Under the pieces are notes generated by a model. The model ran no database searches. It saw only the letters and a program-made list of their open reading frames with translations, and was not told where the DNA came from. A DNA stretch of 64,000 nucleotides from Cycas panzhihuaensis (taxonomy: Eukaryota; Plantae; Cycadophyta): positions 62,317,741 through 62,381,740 of the forward strand of contig CM041465.1 of NCBI GenBank assembly GCA_023213395.1, read 5' to 3'. Positions 22,691-36,806 of the stretch are shown piece after piece. The stretch's first letter is position 1; each line of letters begins with the position of its first letter. A program made the position numbers and the translations under genes.

Positions 22691-25141
22691 AATTCTCTTA
22701 ATAAGTTTACTAATACTAGAAATAATAAATATTGACAAGGAATCATACACTCAATCTTAGTACTCTAGGAACCAGAACACATGATAGTAAGGAATATAAA
22801 AAAGTGTTAACAAATTATGAATTCAATAGATATTAGAACAAGAGAATATATTATAGTGTAAATACAAATAAAATAATAAATATAATCAACCTCAAATGAA
22901 ATTATTCTCCATAGGAATATAACATGATTAAGCATAAAAAGGAAAGTAATTTCACAAAGTCCCCTCAAACTATCTCTATCATTGTCATATTTGGAGGATC
23001 ACACACATAAACTCTAAAGATAAAAGGGTACGTATAGAAAGTAATATTCATCATTTTAATTGATTCCAAATGTACCCAAAATTTTCATTAACAAATGCAA
23101 GATCAAGTTAGTAAGAAGAATTGAAATAAACACAAAAATCATATTTCAAGTTGTGGCAGCAAATATAGGATCTATTAAATACAAAAATAAATGTCTAATG
23201 CATGAATTTGTACAAGATATTATAGCATTCGAATTAAATTTTCTGTAATTCCTTTTAGATAAACAACTTTTAGTGTTTGGTTGGGAATGGGAAAGATTGT
23301 TAAAACCTTAACTCTAAATCTAGAAAATATACATATAAGATTTAGGAAATAAGGGAAAATCCACCAACTATAAGGACTTAGCCCATTGCCCACATGTTTG
23401 ATATTGTTTGTCTAAATGAAAAATATGTGAAACAAGGTATTGTGTGATATATGCCAAATGTTGTGCTATAGAAATAATCCACAAAAACTAGACAACCACA
23501 AAGAAATACAAATTGCAATGAATAAATAAGATGAGGGATGAGGCATTCTATGAATTGCTAGCAAGATTATTATAAATAGAGCGGCATAACATATCATTGA
23601 GTTGGAAGTTGGGATGATAGCCATCAATATTGAACCATATCAAAATTTGCATTGATATAAGATGAGAAGAAGGTAATTGGGATGCTAGTGAATAAACACC
23701 ATTCTAATCAGTGAAGGCAACTATCCATATGCTACATTGGACATATTAGCCTTAAAGAAGCATGGAACATTAGAAGGTATTGATTATTAAACATGAAATC
23801 AGTAACTAATATTAATACCTAAAATTAAACAGCTGTTAAAACAATTACTTTGTGCCAAATTTCTTACCAAATTATCTGACTAATCATGATAGTTATATCG
23901 AGATATACATTAGGGAAGGTGGCATGCATAACGTAATTTTTAAACTCACGAAGAATGTTATAATTTTAAGTTGCTCTCATTCAAACTTTCTTAACACGTG
24001 AAGCAACTTGAAAAATTATATTCCATCATTATCTATGAAAATTTATGGTTGCATCTTTAAGGAAATTTTGATATCAAGACGTAAAAATTACGATCTTGTA
24101 ATTGTAACGTCTTTTGAGAAATGAGAGATATAATGTACAAGAAAAGATTAAAACGCTTTAAAATCCATATGTAGAATAATAAATGAAAACTATAATCAAT
24201 TTATGTGATTACGTCTGACATTATAAAATGGGTAATAGATTCTGAACAAGACAAAACCAGCCATTACAACGATCGGTTCTTGGGGGGTTTCCGAGATCAA
24301 CATAACCAATAACCGTAGTAACAATGTTTCTGGAGTATGACATAAAACGCTACACTATTATACGCTGATGATGAATCCATTTATTCAGTCATATTGATAA
24401 TGACCCTGATATAACGATGTGGGTAGCGCGTGGACAAGTAGGAGAGGAAGTTATGCTACAAGGATGAATCAACTAAGTCCTCCAAAGCGAGTGGGCCGAT
24501 GGGCTTTCAAAACTCTGAGCCCGTCAATCAAACAATTGTCGTCAGGGAGTGGATACCACACATTCTCAGAGATGTTAAAGGCCAATAATATATTTATTAG
24601 AGTTATTGATGGTTCATACAACATTAACCAATTCAACAGTGTAATTCTGCTCTAACATCTGTTCCACATGTGAATATAGTGTTATCTAATATATAAAAAA
24701 TTCTAAGGCATCTTATGTAGTCTTAGACATTGTCATTTCACTTATACTAGTAAATATAGTGTTATCTAATGTACAAAAAATTAAGGTTAGAGCCTCATTA
24801 TCTTTTCTCATATTTTTTTAAAAAACTTAGTTCATCTTCTAAGTAACCATTCTTACAAACATCCAAAGATCATTTTCAATAAAATATGATTTCATTACTT
24901 TACTCTAAACTTAAAAATTAGTTCCATCGAATATGGGAAAACTTTTGTTACCAAGATTCATTGCCATTTTATAAAAGACTTTAATACATGAACTAAAAGA
25001 GATGTACTCTTAATGTTCAAATAGGATTCCTTTTAACCTCAAATGAAAAATAACTTAAAAAACACAATATAACTCCTTTCACATGAACTTTCAAATAGAT
25101 ACTAATATCGATTCCTTCTTAATGAGTAGGGAAGATAACTT

Positions 25142-28100
25142 TTTTTTTTTTTGATATGGTAAAAAATGATATTATAGGGGTTTTATCTGGGTCCCCAAAA
25201 CCAATACATCAAGCCAAATGGCTTAGCAGATCTGGCCATGACAGGCCCATGGTCTAGCCCAATAACTATCTCCCGACCTCCTCAGTTAACCTCACCAATA
25301 TGTGGCAGTGACCGCCTCGATAACTCCTCTGGGTAATCCCTTTTCTAAACCCTCGTGCTCTTATTTGCCACAGCCCAGTTAGCCAACCAATCTACCGCCA
25401 TATTCCCTTCCCTAAACGTGTGTTGAACACGAACACCGGCTTTGGATCTCAACATGTCACAGGCATCCACGAAAATATCTACGTTGTCCCATCCGGAACC
25501 TCTTCCCTTTCAAACATTTTATGACATACATAGAATCCCCTCTATGATCACCTTGGGTACCCTCCTCATCTAACAGATAATCGCCAAAGATCGCCTGCAC
25601 CTCACCTTCCGGGTTCGTATGGATTCCCATATACTGCAAAGGCCCATCTCAAATTACCGTCGTGGTCCCTAGCGGACCTCCTCCGCCCGCCTCTCCGGGG
25701 TTTCCTTTGGCCGCTCCATCAAAGTTCACCTTTTCCCCTTGCATATCCGGAGGTGCCATTTCACATCCACGAACCTCTCCTGACCCCCTCCGGGGACAAT
25801 ACCCAATATTTCATGATGCCTTCTTCCCCACTGAGTCCTGTCCCCTTTAGGCACCTCTAACATTTCTAAAATGCCCTTTCTCGATCTCCACTAATGGGGA
25901 CCACCATCCTTCTCTCTTCCTCAAAGATCCTCCTATTAGTTCTTTCCAAATGTACCAAGAACCAACCGGTAAGATCATCCTCCATTCTTTTAAGGGTTTT
26001 ACTTTTAAAAGGAGAAGTCCAGCTTTCCATTGGTCTAAAGGGATTTTGATGAGACCCAGCCATCCCCATCCCGACCGTAAATTACTCCATATGCCCACCG
26101 AGAAGGCGGTGAATGCAAAGGTGATCCGGGGTTTCTCGTCCCTCTTACATAGCACACACCGCTACCGGTGGAAGCCCCTTTTGATAGGTTATCCAAAGTA
26201 AGTAGTTTGTTTTGGAGGCACGACCACTAAAAGTTTATTTTGGAAGAATTCCCAACTTCCAAACCCCGGCTAATATATCATTCTTGACCCATCCTTCCCT
26301 ACTCAACCTTAGATTATAACCCTCTTTCACCGAATAAGAGCCCGCCGCCAAGGCAGGCCAAACCAACGTATCAGGCCCAGACCTCTTCGGAATATACTGG
26401 CTCCTTAATATCTCCCTAACTCTTTGAGTCCCTTCCTCAAAACCTAACAGGTCCTCAAAAGATCTCCATCTCCTATCCTTGCCTTGCCCTACCCAGTAAT
26501 CTCTTACCATCGTTCCATAGCGAGTTTCACATTCCCTCTGCAAGGCTCCAATCTTAGGTAACTCCTCTAGTTTGAATTGCCCGCACCATCATCTTCCAGA
26601 ACTTTATGCTTTCTCCATCCCCAACTTCCATCTCATACCTTTGCAGGATAGACTTAGCGACCACGATGGCCTTCCATATCGAGGAGCCCTCCAAGCGGTG
26701 CCCTCCTCCAAAGAAAAGTGATTGTCCCCATATATTTCCTAGCGAATTCTCCCCAAACCGCATGACTTCTTTGGTGAGCCTCCACCCCATCTTAGCCAAA
26801 AGGGCTTCATTAAAAAAGCCCAATCTTCTGACGCTGAGACCCCCCGCCCACTTGGGTTTACAAACCTTCTCCCAAGACACTAGGTGGAATCTCCTTTTTT
26901 CTTCGGACCCTGACCAAAGAAATCTCTTCATGATCCCCTCCAAAGTAGAAATAACCTTACTTGGCATCTTGAAGACTGTCATCTGATAAACTGGGATGCT
27001 CTGCAGGGAAGCCACTACAAGTTGAATTTTCCCCGCCCAACTGAGAAGAGCCCCTTTCCACCCCGCAAGCTTCTTGTTGAATCTACTCACTACGGGGTCC
27101 CACAGAGACTGCCTCATCTTGCCCACAAATAAAGGCATACCGAGGTAAGAGCCAGGAAGGGCACCCCTTGCCATCGCCAGAATCCTACTTATTCTTCTCT
27201 GCTGCCCCTCCGGGGTATTAATAAAGAAAGCTGAACTTTTGTCCAGGTTGATTTTCTGATTTGTAGCCTTTTCATAAGCCTGAAGACCCGATTTTAAGGC
27301 CCTAGCCTCCTCCAATGAGGCCCTGCACAAAAAGATGTTGTCATCAACGAACTGATGTAGCATAATATTTTCCAAATTGGAAGTGGCTCTCAAACCATTT
27401 AGCCTTCCCAGCCGCTGAGCCTCTAGAGTAGCCCTGCCTAACATTTCAGCCATGATAATGAAAAGGAAGGGGGAGAGGGGATCCCCTTGCCTCAAAACCC
27501 TAGATCCACAAAAGAAAGGGGTCGACCTGCCATTAATCAGCACCGAAAAAGAAACGCTAGAGACACAGCATTTCATCCATTCTCTCCAAACCTCCCCGAA
27601 TCCAAACGCCTCGAGACAATCTAGCAGGCAATCCCACGCCACTCTATCATAAGCTTTTGACATGTCTGTTTTAATTATCATCCCCGCCTCCTTACGATGA
27701 AGCGTTGAATGCAGGGTTTCGTGGACAATTATAATACCGTCTGTAATTTGTCTACCTTTCACAAAACCATCTTGGTTAGGAGAAATGACCCCTGGTAAGG
27801 TCTCCCTCAAACGATTTGCTAGCACTTTAGACAATATTTTGTATTTTACATTGCACAAGCTTATAGGTCTAAAGTCTTCCATGACTTCCACCCCCTCTTT
27901 CTTCGGAATCAAGGCCAGAAAGGTGGCCTGCCACTCCTTCAAGATTGTACGCCTTGAACAGAATTCATTTAGCGCCAGCATCAAATCCTCCTTGATTATC
28001 TCCCAGAACTCTTGGAAAAAACCTGGAGGGAAACCATCCGGCCCGGGCGCCTTATCCTTCCCCATCTTGAATACGGCCTTCTCCACCTCCTCCTGAGTAA

Positions 28101-28284
28101 AAGGTTCTGTCAGCTTTTTATTGAGGTCCTCCGTAATCACGCTCGGGATATGTTGTAAAAGAGCAGCCCTGAGGGCAGGGTCCTGGCACCCTGGCTCTGT
28201 GAAAAGCTCCTTAAAGTATTCCATCGCAATACCGCCGATCTTATCCTCGGCCTCATGCAGCACCCCATTCCTACTTCGAATTTT
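25142..28284 (-). mobile_element. 5'-truncated L1-clade LINE (RT, zf-RVT, RNase H) with poly(A) tail and 17-bp TSD
   Basis: Poly-T at 25140-25152. TSD AGTAGGGAAGATAACTT at 25125-25141 and 28285-28301. 'KAPGPDGF', 'FRPISLCNV', '[12 protein letters not shown]', 'QFVDD'; RNase H 'KVNFDGAAKGNPGEAGGGG' (~25680-25735) and 'HTFREGNMAVDWLAN'. Confidence 0.97.
26554..28284 (-). CDS. LINE ORF2 reverse transcriptase segment (open frame, no native start)
   Basis: About 570 uninterrupted codons of L1 RT inside the 26554..29076 ORF. Frameshifts begin near 26750 and continue 3'. Confidence 0.85.
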   Translation of the reverse strand, partial: KIRSRNGVLHEAEDKIGGIAMEYFKELFTEPGCQDPALRAALLQHIPSVITEDLNKKLTEPFTQEEVEKAVFKMGKDKAPGPDGFPPGFFQEFWEIIKEDLMLALNEFCSRRTILKEWQATFLALIPKKEGVEVMEDFRPISLCNVKYKILSKVLANRLRETLPGVISPNQDGFVKGRQITDGIIIVHETLHSTLHRKEAGMIIKTDMSKAYDRVAWDCLLDCLEAFGFGEVWREWMKCCVSSVSFSVLINGRSTPFFCGSRVLRQGDPLSPFLFIIMAEMLGRATLEAQRLGRLNGLRATSNLENIMLHQFVDDNIFLCRASLEEARALKSGLQAYEKATNQKINLDKSSAFFINTPEGQQRRISRILAMARGALPGSYLGMPLFVGKMRQSLWDPVVSRFNKKLAGWKGALLSWAGKIQLVVASLQSIPVYQMTVFKMPSKVISTLEGIMKRFLWSGSEEKRRFHLVSWEKVCKPKWAGGLSVRRLGFFNEALLAKMGWRLTKEVMRFGENSLGNIWGQSLFFGGGHRLEGSSIWKAIVVAKSILQRYEMEVGDGESIKFWKMMVRAIQTRGVT

Positions 28285-28308
28285 AGTAGGGAAGATAACT
28301 TGATAATG

Positions 28309-28914
<606 letters not shown>

Positions 28915-29874
28915 AATGAAATTAATATGAAATGAATGCACCCCTTTGAAATGAAGAAAATATAAATCAATAATGTTTTTGAAATGATATAATATAAGGC
29001 TTAGGACAATGAAAAACTTGAAATACAATAATCTCTTTTCAAATGAAATCAAATCAATGAGATTCCTTGTTAACACATAAAAGAAGGTAACTAAAGATTG
29101 AAAATGAAGTCTATCTCTTTAAAATGAACTTAATATAAGATAAGACACCTTATTGAATTAAAAAATATATAACATAATCAAGCTTTCATAATGACTCAAA
29201 TGAGCTTCTGAAAAGGAAATGATCTTATACACATGCAATGGGATGCAATCTAAATAATCTAAATATACTTTTAGATTTAATAAAGTGAACATTAAAAAAT
29301 AAACTTTAGTAAAGAGATAAATGATCAATGATGAGCAAGGAAAAGACCTTTATGGACTCCAATATATAAAGGAATAAACTAAAAATAAATGAGTAATAAA
29401 TATAACTTTATATGATCCTTTTCCAATCTATAAAAAGATGGAAAGTATGCTTTGAATATACCCTTGAAATATATACTTTTATTTGACCTTGAATTCACTT
29501 TAAAAGTATCTTTTTAAAAAGGTAAATTGATTCAAAAAATAAATGAAATAGGCTTGATATGAGTTTAAACTTAATGTAAATGAAACATATAATAAAATAA
29601 CAACTTTAAAAATAGAGTTATTAAGAGTTAAAGAGCACCAATTTGAAGAATTTGCTTTCAAAGGTCTCCATTTTCTTTATGAGTCCAAAATACAATAAAA
29701 AGGCTACAAATATCAATTGTGAACTCATAAAATCAAGTACAATGTTCAAATATGGATTGAGAATATAATAATATGTAAATAAGCCAAGATAGAATCAAAA
29801 CTTAGTTCAAAATAGTTGAAAAATGATCAAACTAGGGTTAACTAGAAGAGCTAAATTTACTTGCCTTAAAACTC

Positions 29875-30266
29875 TGTAAGTATTAAAATCTAATGTTATC
29901 TTTTACTATGTATATATAATTAATTTTATTTGTCTTATTACAAAAGTTTGGTGACTTGGCCAATTATCCAAATCAATAAACTCCTCTTATATTTATTCTA
30001 GAATCTTTCATACATTGTCTGGCTGGAAGATTTGGGAGGTAACATTATATTGGTATGTAGGTAGAAGGTTAGTATGAGAGGGAGGATGAGATCATCAACC
30101 TATTTAAATATGTAATCATTATTATTATAATATTATTACTAGTTTTTAGGTGGTTTTTTATCCTCTAAAAGAGTTTTCCACTTGTCAAATATGGTGCACC
30201 TACTTAGGGTTTTGAATGGTTCTTTCATCTACATTTAATTCCTGTTTGTGTACCCTCTCTTCAACA
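29875..30266 (+). repeat. Copia 5' LTR
   Basis: Ungapped alignment with 36415-36806; about 61 mismatches in 392 bp by hand count. Confidence 0.95.
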
Positions 30267-30278
30267 TGGTATCAAAGA
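30267..30278 (+). promoter_or_regulatory. PBS, tRNA-iMet type
   Basis: TGGTATCAAAGA compared with the consensus TGGTATCAGAGC, immediately after the LTR. Confidence 0.9.
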
Positions 30279-32169
30279 TAGAACTACTACCACTCTGAAA
30301 TTTGATCATAGTGTGTTGAGCAATAAAGGACATCTTCAATTGCTATGGAAATGTCCTTATTTCTTCTATATATCTTTTAATACATCAATGCAATAATAGA
30401 AGAGGGCTGCCAAGCATCCTTCCCAGAAACCCTTCGAGATGGATGAGTTTGACTATTGTTGTTGATTATACTGCGGAGGTAGAACCATTAGAGGGGCCTA
30501 CTGGTAATACCCCTAAGGAGGGGGGTAACCTTATTGAGGGTAGGCCTATCTTGCACTAGGATATCTGGTACTATAACTACTAGCGTTCACCTGCAACAAA
30601 GCTCATGAAGAAGATGACGATGAGCAGGCTAAACTTCGTCATTAGGACACTGCTACAGTTAGTTTCATGCAGTATCTAAACTTGCTTATCCAAAAATAGA
30701 GAATTGTAGCATAAGAGATTACTGTATTAGAATACTTTCTTTCTCATCCTAAAGCTTGGATAGAGCAAAGACTATTTTGATATTGGCGCAACCATTCCAA
30801 AGGAGTATCTCGAGGCATTAAAGATTCTTATTTGCAGAGCACACAGAGATTTGGGCATTACTTTGATGTATGCAAATAAGCTTTGCATATCCAATTCATC
30901 CAATAAAGAACTACAAACATATGCAAGTGAGTTGATTGGTTAATTAAGGCATGAAATTGAGGCTCAAATCAAGGCTCAAATCATGGAAGAACAAAGAGAT
31001 TTTCAAAAGATGACGAGATTAGAGAACTCCATGGCACTAAAGGCTAAAGCATCCATAGTCTAAATGGTGTCTCCCAATCATAGTAGACGCCAAAACATAA
31101 CTAAGCAATATACTTTGAAACTAGTTCTGATAAGTGCCATTAATCCACACTCCACCACCTTACAAGCATCCTCTGTTCATGTTCCTCATGCACCTCACTA
31201 CTAGAGAAGATGCAATGAAGCATGCCATTAACTGAGATGATGCTGATGCCATTACCAGGGACGATGCTCACACTATTACTAGAAGGCGATGCTTCAGTCA
31301 TTACTAGGGACAACATTTAAGCGGTTGTTAACCTGTACACAGGGATAAGATAATTCAAAACCCTAATACTTAGGGCTAAAATCATTTGTTTTATTATATT
31401 TGGGTGGACCTTAAATGATTAAATAATAATATTTTCTTATGTTATTAAATTTCATTAAAATATACTCTATTTAGATTATGGGTCCATTAGCCCCTTGACC
31501 CGTCAGCACCCTGGTCACATCAGTTTTCAATATGACCATGATCTTATCTTAAAAGGGGCTTAAACTTTGAATTCATTGTTTATTTCTTAGTCACGGATAT
31601 TTTGACTGGTCTCTCAAGATTTTTTTATGCCTTTTTTATCAGTAGATTCTTGTTCAAAGTTAAGACTTCTTTGTTGACCAAGTAAGTTTAGGTATATTTC
31701 TTTAACCCTTAGTTTTCTCCATATCTTTGTCATAATTTAATAAATAATTAATTATTTTCTTAATTCATTAAGTAATAACATTATTTATTTATGTGTTTCT
31801 TTATGAATTCATGAAGTTTCTTAAACTATTATTTTCACTTATAAATCAAGTTATTTACGTACAATATTTATTTGCTTCACTTTATATTATGGCACTAATA
31901 TGCTATTGTCTTTTTCTTGAATTTTTTTTTTTATATAAATTCCTAATTAAAAATCTTATATTTGTTGATGAATGATTATTAAACTTTTAATAAAATTATT
32001 TTCTGTCAATGGAAAAGTAACTTATTGATCATTTTATTGTTTAGTATTTATCAATGGATTTATTTTTTTGATTTATTCACTGTATTCACCTAGTTTTAAA
32101 GGTCATAACCTCTTCACTTTCTTTGAAGAGAATCTCTAATCATTATTTTTTTAATTCCTAATATAGAAC

Positions 32170-35100
32170 TTATGCCAGGAACAACCTCGTGTGTACTAAT
32201 TCTAGTATTAACCAGATCTAATTATGCCGACTAGAAAAATAGAATAACCCATCATCTTAAACAATAAAATATATAGTGATATGTCACAGGTGAGTTTCCA
32301 AAACCTACAGAGGAAACATTAAAAGCTTATATAATCTATCTGATGAACTGTGATGGACCCCTAGGTACCATCCTATCCTCTCTCTCCCTAAACATTAGTA
32401 GGCAGTTCTCTGAAACTGATGATCTAACCATTGTCTACAAAACTCTTAAGGAAAAGTATAATAGGGTTGATACACAACAATTAATTGCGTTAGAACAATA
32501 AATGTATAGTTCAAATTATGAAGATTTTTCTAAAGTTAAAGATTTCTTGTCTAAACTTCAAGTTATTAATAAAGACCTAGTAAATTATATCAAATCTTAT
32601 ACAAAAGTAGGCGACAAAGAAGTCATTGTAACACATGCAAAAAATGACGATACACTTGTCTATCTTATAATTAACAAACTACGAAAACATTTTAATCTTT
32701 TTAAAACTGCTAGGCAATAAGCATGACATCCACCAATTACTTTTGATCAATTAACGAATCAACTTATTGAACATCAAAATATGTTGATTTAGATAGGAAA
32801 ATTAAAAGATCCTATACAGGCTTTTTTTCTTAAGGCACAATCATTTATTAAATCTACACATCAAAATAACTATCATCATCATCTTTCCAAATTCCAAAAA
32901 CCTCATAAAGGTTCATCCACTCAAAATAATTTTCATCATAACACTAAGTATTTTAGATTCTCTAAATCTCAAAATACCTCTAAATAATCATTTCCAAAAA
33001 GGAATACTGCCAATACTAATCCTAATCATAACATTAGTTATGCCTACTATCATAAAAAGGGATAGAACATTGATGTCTATAGGAACAGAATTACCTCTTA
33101 AGCTGAGAAGGCTTCTGAGGGGATCCAATCATGATCTAATAATTCTCATCATTCTCTAACTACTTTTGCAATAACATTTTCAACACCAACCACTGAACCG
33201 CCCTTGTGGATTCTCGATTCAAGTGCTTCCTATTACATGATGGGACACTAAGAATATTTCACTCCATATTAATCTGATTCAAACTCTAAAGAAGAGATAT
33301 CTTTTAGGAGTGGAACCCAACTCAAAGTCAAAGGATCATGTGATGTTGCATTGAAAGATGGTTTAATTAAGGACGTATTCTATATTCCTAGCTTATTACC
33401 TAATCTTATTTCAATATATCAAATCTGCAAGAAAGATCTCATTGTAGAGTTTTGGAAAGATAAGTTTATTGTCAAACAACTATTAAACAAATTTAAACCA
33501 ATTGCCTCAGGACCTATAGATCACAAAATAGGTCTTTACAACTGAATAAGTCTCCAACATTCTAAAACCAAAACTTTTAGTGCTTTTATAGTAAAATCTG
33601 ACTCAGTTAGTAAGCTTTGGCATTGTAGATTTGATCATATGAGTTACGGAAAACTCTACTATCTAAGTAAGAATGATATGGTCAATGGCTTACCTATACT
33701 TAAAACTATCTATAGTGTTTGTGAAGCTTGTGTAATAGGTAAACAACACATGGATCCTTTTCTAAATCATAGTACCTTTTGAGCAAAATCTCTATTTAAA
33801 CTTATTCATTCTGATATCTACGATCCATTCCAACCACCTTCATACTCTGGAAGTAGATATTTTGTTATGTTTATTGATGATTTCTCTATAAAATGTTAGG
33901 TATTCGCATTAAAAATAAGAATTCAAGTATTTGACATCTTTATTGAATTCAAAAACTTAGTAAAAAATAAAATAAATTCTAAAATTAAAATCTTTATAAT
34001 AGATAATTCTAAGGAATATATAAGATATAATTTTACTAATTTGTATAAAAATCATCGAATATAATTTCAACATTTTGTAGCATATACTCCTCAACAAAAT
34101 GGTATTGCTGAATGTAAAAATCGTACACTTGTTGATATGACTAGATACATGTTATATGTAAAAGGTCTTGACTTAAAGTTGTAGGTAGAAGTTATTGCTT
34201 GCTCCAACTATTTATTAAATAGCTTACCATGTAAATCCCTACAAAATATCACGCTAGAGCAAAAATGGTCTAGATGTAAACCTTATGTTAAACACTTAAG
34301 AATCTTTGGCAATGTTGCTTGGGGACATGTTCCCAAAGAAAAATGCCAAAAACTTGATCCTAAAAGTTTCAAATACATCTTTGTTGGTTACAACAAAGAA
34401 AGCAAAGCTTACAAACTTTTAAATCTAACCATGTATGAAATTTTAATACTGCATGATGTTATATTTGATGAAGAAGGCTCGTCATCAAAAGATTCTTATA
34501 TGGAACTTCTAGTTGAAAATTTGTTAACTAATACTCACCTAATTGATCATTTAAGCTAATCCTAAATTAATTGAATTCTTATCTACTCAAGTTCAAAACT
34601 AGACTTTAAAAGAATCCACTACTTCTACTACATCTAATCAGCCCACTTCACTAAAACAATAAACTAATAATAGCAAACAATCTGTTTTGGCTCAGAAAAC
34701 TCTTTCTGATGCTGGTTCTAATGCTGGTAATCCTTTGGATACTAAAAGAACTCATTCATAAAAACTTTAATCTGATTTTGCTCTAATGGCCAAAGTCATA
34801 TCCATTGATGATCCTAAAACTTTTAAATAAGTAGGTAACAATCCTATATGGCAACCAGCCATGCAAGTTGAAATAGATGCTCTTGAGAATAATTCAACTT
34901 GGGATTTAGTTACTCTACCTCTTTAAAAGAATATAGTCGATTCTAAATGGGTTTATCAAACTAAGTTTAACTCTGAAGGAGTAGTTGAGAAACACAATGC
35001 TTGCTTAGTCATGAAAGGTTTCTCATAGATTGATAGTATTGATTATAATGAAACCTTTGCTCTAGTAGCTAAAATGAATATTATTAAGACTATTATAGTT

Positions 35101-36320
35101 CTAGTAGCTACATTTGGTTGGGAAATCCATCAGATGGATGTGAAAATTGCCTTCTTAAATGGTGATATTAAAGAAGAAATCTACATGAATTAACCTCTTA
35201 GATTTGTTTGTAATCCTAATCTCATTTGTAAATTACGAAAATCTATCTATGGCTTAAAATAAGGTCCTCGAGCTTAGTATATAAAAATAGATGATTATCT
35301 TATATAAAATGGATATACTAAATATATTAGTAATCCTAATCTCTACTTTAGATGTGAAAATGATAATATTACTATCTTCATTCTCTATGTAGATGATATT
35401 ATCATCACTGGATCCTTACTCTCCAATATTCATAAATTAAAATCAATCTTAATGAATAAATTTGAAATGTTTAACTTCGGTCTTTTATATTATTTTCTAG
35501 GATTACAAATTTGTCAAACTGATTCTGAAATAATGATATCTCAACCTAAATATATTTTAAACTTAATCAAATAATTTAACATGGGAAATGCTAAATCAGC
35601 TACAAATCCTTTACAATCAGGTATTAAATTATCTACTGATTATTCTACACCAATTTATGATCCCACAACATATCAACAACTTATAGGTAGTCTCATTTAT
35701 CTAACTCACACTCATCCTGATATCTCCTATGCTATTACCTTATGCTCTAGATATATACAAAATCCTCATGTGTCTCATTGGAAAGTAGCTAAATGAATTT
35801 TAAGATACCTACAAGGTACAATATTCTATGGCTCAACCTATAACTCTTTCAAGAATAGCCTAAATTAACAAGTTACAGAGATTCAAATTGGGAAAGAGAC
35901 TCTGATGATTACAAATCTACTACTGGTTATGTTTTCTTTTTAGACTCTTCATCTATTACTTAGTCCAGTAAAAAGATGCAAGCCTTAGCTTTATCCATAA
36001 TTAAAAGTTGAATATTGAGCTCTTATTGAAGCCAGCAAATAATTGCTTAGGATCAAATCTCTTTTAAGTGAGTCTAGTTTATTTCCTAACTCATCCATTG
36101 AACTTTATGTTGATAATCAATGAGCGATATCTATTACTAATAATCCAATTGCCTATTTAAGGACAAAACATATAGAATTACATCAACATTTTATAAGTAA
36201 CCTTGTAAATAATGAAACTATTTACTTATATTATTATCCTATAGATGTGTAGATTGCAGATATTCTTACAAATCTGTTGACTAAAATAAAGTTTTTAAAG
36301 CTTAGAGATTTATTGCAGAT
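32170..36320 (+). pseudogene. Copia gag-pol, heavily stop-ridden
   Basis: 'WILDSSASYYM' (~33207), 'LWHCRFDHMS' (~33616), 'YTPQQNGIAECKNRTL' (~34085), 'HQMDVKIAFLNG' (~35130), 'LYVDDIIITG' (~35385), 'TKHIELHQHFI' (~36165). Confidence 0.92.
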
Positions 36321-36414
36321 AAAAGTAGTCTCTATGAAAGAGGGATCAACATGCTGAAGACCTTTTTTTATCTTCTATATCATATATTATACAAAAGATA
36401 GCATTAAAATGGGA

Positions 36415-36806
36415 TGTTAGTATTAAACTCTAATGTTATCTTTTATTATGTATATCTAATTAAGTTTATTTATCTTATTACAAAAGTTCAACGATTTCAC
36501 TAACTATCCAAATTAACGAACTCCTCTCCCATTTATTCTAAAACCTTTCATACATTGTTTGGTTAGAAGATTTGGGAGACAACATTATGTTGGTATGTAA
36601 TTAGAAGGTTAGTCTGAGAGGGAGGATGAGATCCTCAACCTGTTCAAATATTCAGCCATTATTATTATAATGTTATTACTATTTTCGAGGTGGTTTTTTA
36701 TCCCGTAAAGGGGTTTTCCACTTGCCATATCTAGTGCACTTGCTTGTGGTTTTGAATGGTTCTTTAATTTATATTTAATTCCTGTTTGTGCACCATCTCT
36801 CCAACA
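36415..36806 (+). repeat. Copia 3' LTR
   Basis: Preceded by the decayed PPT TTAAAATGGGA and followed by the TSD AACTC. Confidence 0.95.

Larger units (their letters stand above)
9389..23755 (+). repeat. Segmental duplication block A, copy 1 (matches 40488-55480)
   Basis: Collinear near-identity throughout, with paired ORFs such as 11589/43378, 15272/47061, 17558/49199, 19462/51179 and 23060/54741. Confidence 0.97.
29875..36806 (+). mobile_element. Full-length degenerate Ty1/copia LTR retrotransposon
   Basis: 392-bp TG..CA LTRs at 29875-30266 and 36415-36806. TSD AACTC at 29870-29874 and 36807-36811. PBS TGGTATCAAAG at 30267. Domain order PR-INT-RT-RH. Confidence 0.97.
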
